A stretch of 64,000 nucleotides of DNA, from the NCBI GenBank assembly GCA_002269645.1, contig NIVC01000364.1, forward strand, positions 434,001 to 498,000. Reading direction: 5' to 3'. The notes beneath the pieces were generated by a model that worked only from the letters and a program-made list of their open reading frames with translations, made no database searches and was not told the DNA's origin. Position 1 is the first letter of the stretch; each line of letters starts with the position of its first letter. The position numbers were made by a program, and so were the translations under genes. This DNA is from Macrostomum lignano. Lineage: Eukaryota. This document shows, one piece after another, positions 24,651 to 33,700 of the stretch.

Positions 24651-26387
24651 CCCTCTGGGCTTTACGCCTAGACTGCGGGCTTCCCGCAGCTCCTACTCGG
24701 CGCCGCGTTTTCATCGCGGAGGGGACCCTCTTCCGAGCGCCGTAAATCGGACACCATGTCCCACGTGCAACTGTTGCTTTTGTGTTTCGCGATTTTCTCC
24801 AGCATGGTGTACCTTGGTTGCGACACCGGAAACGCTGGCAGCGAGGCACGCCGGCGCTCCACGCTCCTGCTCAGGGCCGGTGACATCGAGCCGAACCCAG
24901 GTCCAGGCCCGACTCATATCTGTGGGCGGCGTGAGTGTGGTCGCCCCCTCGGAGGGAGATCCCTCCACTGCCAACTATGTGGGCAAGACTTTCACCTCCA
25001 ACGTGGCTGTTCCGGCCTCAGCCGCTGGGCGGCCGACAAAAAGATCGGTTCTCCCGACTGGCGCTGCCCAAATTGCTCGGGCGGCCCTGACACCGATCCC
25101 GGCAACCAGGCCACAGGATCACCAGAGGAACCTGCTGATGGCGCCATCCGTGGATACGGCAGACGTGAAGAGCTCCTCCGTCGCCTCCGCGAAGAAAAAC
25201 CTAAGTGCGCCCACCGTAACAAACCCGTCAGGGTCAGCTCCGTCATCGCCTGCTGTAATACCTGTGAAGGTTTCTTCCACAATGCGTGCACGGCTGCGAC
25301 ACGGGAGCAGATCAAACGCGAAGTCAGCCGAGGTCTCTGGAGATGCATCTGCTGCTCTAATGCTACCCGCCGGCCGAGCCCGACATCTCCGTCACAAGAT
25401 GACCCCTCTGAACCCCTGAGACACCACCCGCGCATCCTGTCCGGCTGGAACAAAGCCAAGCCGAGCCAAATTATCCAATGGAATGCGGACGGCATCTCGA
25501 ACAAGATCGGAGAGCTCGAAGAGCTTGCTCACAGGGTCCAAGCTGATATCATCACTGTCCAAGAAAGTAAGCTTACGTTGTTCCACAAGACTCCCAAACT
25601 GCCAGGGTTCGCTGTGATCCGCAAAGACCAAAAAGTTGCGAGGCGCGACCCCAACATCAAAGGAGGCGGCCTCCTGTGCTACATTCGGCAAGGCATTCCA
25701 TTTCGTAAACTCCGGGGATGGACAGGCGGCACCACTGAAGGATGTTGCTTTGTCATCAATGACTCCGCCAGAAACAAGCTGATCATCTCCAATATCTACC
25801 ACCCCCATCCGGCGTGTGGAGGGCGAAGACCACCGGTAGCACCCGAGCGTGGACGACTGGCTCAAATGTCACAACCGCGAGCTCATCACTGGGGATCTGA
25901 ATCTGCACCACCCAGCTTGGGGCAGCGAGGGAGACCAAGGCAGAGACAGCGCTGCTCAATCCAGATGCCTCCTTGACTGGTGCTCCACCTCTCAGTACCG
26001 CATTCTGAACACTGGTGAACACACCTGTGTCGACCGCCACTCCGGTCGTACTTCAACCCAACCCTTCAGGGGCACATGGCCGAGGTCTATGGTAAACCGA
26101 TCTCCTTCCATCAGGGACCACGCCGTCAACAAGTCCTTGTGGCGCAGGACGGAGCAGGCCACTGCCCTGACCCCAACTACTATCGCAACCGCACAGGCAT
26201 CACCGAAGGCGGCCCCTGCCGACTTTGCCTGGATGTCCCGGACCAATTCCACCTCTGGACCTGCCCTAAGCTCGAAGCAATTCGACAAAACATCGGCGTC
26301 ACTAATCTAAGCGACTTTGCACGTGGTGATATGGTGGCGCAGCTCCTGAGAGCCGTCGACTGGCGGCCCCTGTGAGATGCTTACCGC

Positions 26388-26390
<3 letters not shown>
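24651..26390 (+). mobile_element. Internally deleted non-LTR retroelement, Ingi/Vingi-like: 2A peptide, PHD, PHD, AP endonuclease, then C-terminal Cys/His motif; no RT
   Basis: ORF from 24756: LLLRAGDIEPNPGP (DxExNPGP at 24882-24905), two Cys/His PHD-like fingers, IIQWNADG...ITVQESKL...GGGLLCYIR. After a frameshift: ITGDLNLHHPAWGS...ILNTGEHT, then a jump to AQDGAGHC...CRLC...HLWTCPKL*. 15-nt 3' UTR followed by (CAA)n. Confidence 0.85.

Positions 26391-26447
<57 letters not shown>
26391..26447. repeat. (CAA)19: right flank or tail
   Basis: Direct reading. Confidence 0.95.
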
Positions 26448-26449
26448 AA

Positions 26450-26845
26450 TATACAGCCCCGCATATATGGTCACAGTCAGAGCAGGGCGCGTCAGATGGC
26501 GCGCCGCAGAGCCTGAGAGCGGACGAAGTCCGCCCCGTTAATATGGCACCCCAGCGTCGCATAGCAGGCGGTCCACATGTCGACGGTTGGGTCCTACCCC
26601 GCCTGACCGGGCCCTGCAAGGTGAGCAGCAGGACGTCCTAAACAGGTTGGGGGCAGTAGTCCTCGGCCCGGATAACGCGACCCTCCAGTTGAAGTCGCAG
26701 CCGGGGCAAGATGCTGCACGGACGCTGCAGCTTGGCCCGATCGTACAGGGCCTCGGTCCCGACGCTCTCGTCAGCTCGAAAAGCCGCATGCACGGAGCAT
26801 CTCTAAGTGCGCCGAGTCCAACTGCCGCTCTGGCGTAGCCGTCAG
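26450..26845 (-). mobile_element. Degenerate 3' fragment of an RTE-like non-LTR retrotransposon
   Basis: Minus strand reads QPV*DVLLLTLQGPVRRG / RRHVDRLLCDAGVP, matching EPVQEVLLLTLQEPYWRG / RRFVDCLLADAGAP of the copy at 28383-28755. Its 3' end abuts (TTG)n. Confidence 0.7.
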
Positions 26846-26854
26846 CGTTCACGT

Positions 26855-27205
26855 CTCTATACAAAAATAATATTAAATAATAATAATATGTAATAACTGA
26901 ATGCACCTGCTCTTATGGGCAGATGTGGAACCAACAGCTCAGCCGCAGCTATTGCGCGGCGCATCTGAAGGCTGCGCTGCGTACGGCTGTTCAATCCAAG
27001 GACTGGGGGGCGCCACACACACCCTCAATTACTGTACACCAGCTAATGCTGGCACCCATGCATTTTGCAGCTGGGTGAACTGAAGCAATGCAGAGTTAAA
27101 TGTCTTACTCAGTACACCATTTGTTCCGAGTAAGGTCGAGAATCGAACCCCTGACCTTTAAGTCGTGAGTCCGACGCTCTAACCATGCTAGGCCACAAAC
27201 TCCCT
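26855..27205 (-). mobile_element. tRNA-derived SINE, full length
   Basis: Head GTGGCCTAGCATGGTTAGAGCGTCGGACTCACGACTTAAAGGTCAGGGGTTCGATTCTC has A-box and B-box but an unpaired anticodon stem. Central domain GAGTAAGACATTTAACTCTGCATTGCTTCAGTTCACCCAGCTGCAAAATG; (TTA)n-like tail; second copy at 1-165. Confidence 0.8.
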
Positions 27206-28382
27206 CTGTTAGGCATGACCAGCCTATATCACCTGTTATAGGTATAAATTAGGAAGCTAGGATCTCGGTCGCCGATTACAGCACTCGGTATGTACACTGT
27301 AGAATGGCTTGTACAAAATTTTCGGCGTCTATAATTAGACTTAAATCCAAACGCAGTGGATTAGCTTAGCTAATACTGCACAAGCACAGTTCTACAGGGT
27401 ACATGCTCGAATTGAGACCAGTGCTGAGTACTAAGGATTGATTGATATGCTGAGTGTAAAGGATACTCGCGCAGACAACAACAGGACGGCTAGAGAACTT
27501 ACGATCATAGAGCTGTCTATTGATTTTATTGAACAGTTAAACGCAAAGCAAATACTTTAACAGGCGAAAATACTGTGACCTCGGATCGAGGGCGCCGATT
27601 TATAGGCGTCCCAAGCTCGCACGAGTTCATCGGTACAGGAGGCCGCGCGGCCATGCAGTCAATTGCGCAGCAAATCGAACCCCTCATTTTTGGAATGGAG
27701 GCAGCTGGATTTCACGGTCGATTGGACTTGCTCGAACTTTGAGCTATTAATTTTTCTCTCTATGTAAATGTGCTTGTATAATATAGAAATTTTGAGCGAA
27801 TCACTGCGCTTAGCTAAATCGGAGCTAATCTTAGTAAAACAATGATCGCGACGTTGCGTTTCGCTTGAAGAGCCACCAATTTAAAAAAAGCAATATTCAT
27901 TCTTGAAAATATTAATTTGCGAGTACATTATTAATGATAGCTGGAATGTAGCTCGAAAATGGTAAATTTGCATTCTTAAGCCCTAGCTACATCATCAGCT
28001 CTACGAGTATGCGCTCTCACGCAGCCAGCTGTGCTACTTAGCAAACCTTACAAATTTTAATTCGATACGTTTTCGCTGAGCGCCAATTGGAGTTTATGCT
28101 TGATAAGAATAAACCATACCTGGTGGCTGCAGCAATTAATTTTTAAATTGCCTAGCTGATTAACGCTAGATACTCATGCAGCCATGCAGAGACAAACTGT
28201 TTGCCTAGCAATTATAAACACAATGCTCCAGTATGGCTGATTGCGTATTTGCAAATCGTTTAACGAAATCTTTTCGTAGAAATGTTTTACAAAACAAAAT
28301 GCAGATAGAAATTGCATAACAAGTTCCGTCGTAACTTACCTGTACTGTAAATACCACAGTAATAATTGTAACAAGCCAACAA

Positions 28383-28755
28383 CAACAACAGAATACAGTC
28401 AGACTCACAGGGCGCGTTAGCAGTCGGACTCACATGCAGGGCGCGCTTCAAGGCCAGCAGGTCGCGAATGAACGCCACGCCGCCGGCCGAATCCGGGGCG
28501 CCGGCGTCAGCCAGCAGGCAGTCGACGAAACGCCGAGTGCGCGCCTGCCCCCGCCAGTAGGGTTCCTGCAGCGTTAGCAGCAGCACCTCCTGCACCGGCT
28601 CTGGCCAGTACGACTCGGCGCGGATGATGTGGCCTGCCAGCTGGAGTCGCCGACGGCGCAACAGGTCGCTTGGACGAAGCAGGCCGGCGCGGCGATACAA
28701 AGCCGCGTTGGTCACTCGCTCGCAGCTGATCTTGAAGGCGGCACGCAGCAGGGAC
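28383..28755 (-). mobile_element. 5'-truncated RTE-like retrocopy with (GTT)n tail and 14-bp TSD
   Basis: TNAALYRRAGLLRPSDLLRRRRLQLAGHIIRA is typical of the RTE post-RT region. TAACAAGCCAACAA occurs at 28369-28382 and 28756-28769. Confidence 0.85.
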
Positions 28756-30725
28756 TAACAAGCCAACAATGACAAGAACTGTTAGAAAATTGGTCAACAT
28801 AACTGTATTGGGCACCGTCCGTCTATGTGTCATTCTGTACATGTATGAACGTAAAAAACAGCGTCACAACACACGCTGTCAAGTTCAAAGGCCTTAATGA
28901 GTAAATCCATGATGCGCCCTGCCAGCTGGAATCCATAATACTAAAATTAATATGCCTCTATAGGTTGCACGCAGCTTTCCAAGTTGATGAACTGCTGAGC
29001 GTCTGAGAAATGCAATTAATGTCTTGACAAATTAAAATTGTGTTTATTCGAATGAAAAAATATGGATTAGGATCATTGCACATACCAAAATTCAATAAAA
29101 AGATAAATATTTGCCAGTATTCTATATAATAACTAAATGTTTACTGAAATTAACAAACGCTTAAAGATGGTCCATGGACACATACTTCGTACATTAAATG
29201 TGAGCTTGTGGATCAAACCTCGGACAAAGCCCGCACAATGTGCACATGCTTAATTCCTAAGCAAATTCATAGGCGGAAAACCCAAAAAATGTCACTATTC
29301 TCTGCAAAAACCTGCCACCAGTGAAATTCATTCCATTCATGATATATATATAGTAATTATAGTAATTATAGTAATATATATAGTATAGTAATAATTCATT
29401 CCATCCATTCATGTATATAGCTGATAGCTATATACAGTGGTCCTTGATCATGATTACGCGTTCGTTCTAAATGGCATCCACTTTGAATTCATGCCTAATT
29501 TTTGAACCTTTTATAGTAGCCTGCATTTATGCCATTTATGACATTTGTCGAGATTTCATCATAACATCTAATTCTTGTTAGGATACGGTTTACGAAACAT
29601 CAGCAAATCATTCTGCTTGTGTGCACGCATCGCATTCCGCTGGGTAGAATTGGTTAATTCGACTCTTTAAATTTCCAAATTTAACTTCGTGTATGTGTAA
29701 AACAAACCATACAGACAAAAATACAAATTAGGAAACACTGGTAATCAAAAATTCGGTTTATAAATTTTAAATAACTTATTTATAATGGATTCTGTATATA
29801 ATGTAAAACTCTGTTGTATTACATGGCATGGCATTTTTGCTACGAATTCGATATGCAACATTCCTTGACTATTTTTCGCAGCACTTAAAATTTTTCTGCT
29901 TATTTAAATTGATTTGGATCAAACGCGAAGTAATTCAGAGTAAGTAAGATCTATTTTTACAAGCTTGTATAATTTCTTCAAATAATTATTTTTCTTAGAT
30001 CATAGTAGGTTCGGAAATAATGGTAGGTTCAGAGTGTCCTTAAACGGCTTAAAGTAAGTTCTGACGACTCAAAAAGACTAAAACTACTTGACAAAAATAT
30101 CTGTAGTCACAGAAAGTCAACAAAATGGATGCCATGAAACTAAATTAACCAAGCCATCATTGAAACATTCCAAATATGAAAAGAACTTGCTTTTTATTTA
30201 TCATACATTTTGGTATAGCATAATTTTAATAAACATCTGCCCAGAAATCTCAAAAAAGATATTTAATCTGCAACCAAAACGTAAAAATTCTCCATGAATA
30301 ATACATCCGTACAAGCAAAATTTAAAAGTAAATTTGATGAACTAATTGAATGTTATAACTGAACTTATAGATTTGATTATCTGTTATGGACCCATATATT
30401 TCTTAAATAGGTTTGTTTGTGTTGTTGATTGAATGTCATGATTAAAAATACTTAGCTATTGGACATTTGTGCATTCAAAAGTACCATAATGATCATGAAG
30501 AATGGCTTTCTTAGGACAATAAACCAGTTAAGTTTATAGTAGATACCTTATATAGAATAAAAAGGCATGCCATTTAAATAAAAAAAAATAATTTTATTCA
30601 ATAATTCAAACAATTTTTTTCTCTTTTTAATTTAGCTATCTGCATTTGTCATTCTGGGTTTCTTTTTATAGATTAGGTTAAGCTAATTTCGAAGGCTAAT
30701 TTTAATCATGTATTATTATCATTAG

Positions 30726-33700
30726 ATGGCTAGCAGAGGCTCAGCGCTGAGGCCCGGCACAGCCTCCAGATTGAAAACTGCAATGCGCCCGGAGACAAAG
30801 GGCGGCTCCGCAGTTGCCGCAGGAGCCAACGTGCGGGTAAGAATAACTCTTCCACGATTCAGCCTTACGCTTTGTGACCATTGACTTATTGGAATTGCAT
30901 TTTTTCTGCTTTTCTTCCCAAGTTCGAAGATCGGCCCATCACCCAGCAAGGCCTTGGCGGATTGAAGACCGGCGGCAAAGGCCTCCGACGCCAGCACGAG
31001 GACAAGAGCTACTACATCGGCCTGCTGCGCTCCAAGATCAACGAGCTCGCCTCCGAGATTGGCCAGCTGAAGCAGAGCTTCGAAACCATGGAGGAGGAGA
31101 GTAGCAGCTTTGTGCAATACGAGAAGATGGCGGAGACCCTGGCCGGCGACATCAAAGCGCTGCAGGGCGAGCTGGCTGACTACAACACGCTGGTGGACAA
31201 GCTCAACACCGACCAGGATGTGGCCAACATTCAGATGGACTGCGAGGAGCTTCGAGGCCAAAACGAACGAGAAGAACGCGAACTTGAACGCGTGTTCAGC
31301 GAGCGCAAAGAGGCCGAAGCTGCGGTTCGCTCAGTTGAACAGGAGCTGGAGCAGGAGAGGCGCATGGCTGACAGTCTGGTGCAGCAGATGCAGCCGGCGC
31401 AGCAGAGACGCTACCAGCAGTTGAAAGAGGAAAACGGGCAGCTGGCCAAGCAGCTCGAGTCCGGCCAAGAGGAGCTGGAGGAGCTGCGGCGGCGACGCGG
31501 CCACCTGGAGGACGAGCTGGCGCCGAATCCCGTCAAGCAAGAGGCGGTGCGACTTAGCGAGCAGCTGCGCGAGGCTGAAGAGAGGCGGGACGGCCTGCTG
31601 GAGGAGGCCAGGGCGGCCGGGAACCCGCAGCAGGAGCGGGAGAGACTGCTGGCTCAGGTGAGACTTTGAGGGAGACTGCTGGCTCAGGTGAGACTTTGAG
31701 AGAGACTGCTGGCTCAGGTGAGACTTTAGGAGAGACTGCTGGCTCAGGTGAGACTTTAGGAGAGACTGCTGGCTCAGGTGAGACTTTGAGGGAGACTGCT
31801 GGCTCAGGTGAGACTTTGAGAGAGACTGCTGGCTCAGGTGAGACTTTAGGAGAGACTGCTGGCTCAGGTGAGACTTTGGGAGAGACTGCTGGCTCAGGTG
31901 AGACTTTGAGAGAGACTGCTGGCTCAGGTGAGACTTTAAGTGAGAGACTGCTGGCTCGATCAGGTGAGACTTTGAGAGAGACTGCTGGCTCAGGTGAGAC
32001 TTTGAGAGAGACTGCTGGCTCAGGTGAGACTTTAGGAGAGACTGCTGGCTCAGGTGAGACTTTAGGAGAGACTTCTGGCTCAGGTGAGACTTTAGGAGAG
32101 ACTGCTGGCTCAGGTGAGACTTTAGGAGAGACTGCTGGCTCAGGTGAGACTTTGGGAGAGACTGCTGGCTCAGTTGAGACTTTGATGGAGACTGCTGGCT
32201 CAGTTGAGACTTTAAGAGAGACTGCTGGCTCAGGTGAGACTTTGAGGGAGACTGCTGGCTCAGGTGAGATTTTGAGGGAGACTGCTGGCTCAGGTGAGAC
32301 TTTGGAAAAAGATTGAGAGAGACTGCTGGCTCAGGTGAGACTTTGAGAGAGACCGCTGGCTCAGGTGAGACTTTGAGAGAGACTGCTGGCTCAGGTGAGA
32401 CTTTGGAAAAAGATTGAGAGAGACTGCTGGCTCAGGTGAGACTTTGAGAGAGACTGTTGGCTCAGGTGAGACTTTGAGAAAGATTGAGAGTGCTTTTAAG
32501 TGTACATCTGAGAGCCATTGTGCGCATGCCGCATGGAGACTTCCATCTACTGTCCGGCACAGGTAATGATACCAGTATATTTCTCTCCAACAGGTAAAGG
32601 AGGACAACCAAGAGATCGGCACGATGGAACGGCAAACCAGAGAGGCGGTGGAGCGCCTGCAGATGTTGCAGAGCGAGATCCGAGCCACCGAGCAGGACAT
32701 CGAGGACGTGTCCGGTCAGCGGTCGCAGCAGTACAGGGAGCTGCGAAAACGAGAGGAACAAATGGACGAATTTCTCGGCAGCTACGACTCCACATTCTCA
32801 AGCGAGAAGGCCAAACTGAGCGAGCTGGAGCGCCAGGTCGTGGAACTGCTGGACTTCATCACCAGGAGCATGGGCCGCGTGAGCTCGCTGCCATCGGCCA
32901 CCGACTTCCGCTCAATGCAAGACCAGCTGAAGTTCAAAGCCAACGAGAAGGACAAAGCGGACGCGACAGCCGCCAACCTGACTGGCGGCCACGTGAAGGT
33001 GCAGCAGGACCTGCTGAAGATCGACCAGCTGGAGAGGAAAACCACGGAGGAGATTGAATCGCTGAAAGAGCGAATCAAAGCGATGCAGGACGAGCTGGTT
33101 CGCTACGGCGACATTGGCGGCTTGATGGCTGAGAGCGAGGCGAAGAGGGAGTCGGTAAGGCGGGAACACACTCTGGCTTGCTATGCGGCTCTTTCTTCGA
33201 TGTTTTATAAAAAAAGTCAAACGTGTCTATTGTTAGTAGTCTAGTCTGGTTTTTAGCAGATTTATTAAATTGTTTAGGATACCTTGGAATATACAAATGG
33301 GTCTCATGTATATATTGTACAGCATCGTATATGTACGAGATTTGCCCAGCTCAGATGTCAATATTCCATAAGGAGGGTTTGATGGTTAATCAGTGCGAGA
33401 AAGCAGTGAGATAAATGTTAATTACCGAGAAATTTATACGGCTATCAGCCTAGTTGTGTTAGTTGTGTTTTATTAAACGGTTTCATTGTAAACAAAATAA
33501 GTGCTTATTTAAAATGCAGTTTTTTTTCAAATGAACAAATGTACTTATTGATCTTCATCGAATTGAAGGGTATATAAGTAAGGAAAGGTGATTAAGTAAT
33601 TAATAATGCAACTCGCAGCTAGTTGTTGGCACATTTTGAATGAAAAATAATTATTTTGGTTGAATATGAACTACTGTACGATATAGTACTGCCGATAGTA

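Noticed and set aside
27125-27200. Possible tRNA-Val(CAC) gene on the minus strand
   Set aside because: Anticodon and acceptor stems do not pair, and it continues into a SINE body repeated at 1-165.
30120-30145. Possible RFX X-box upstream of IFT74 (GGATGCCATGAAAC)
   Set aside because: The 5' half does not fit the GTYNCY consensus; too weak to call.
30722-31540. Antisense ORFs over IFT74 exons (also those over the GPCR, mariner and L1-like exons)
   Set aside because: Shadow ORFs from GC-rich codon usage on the real coding strand.
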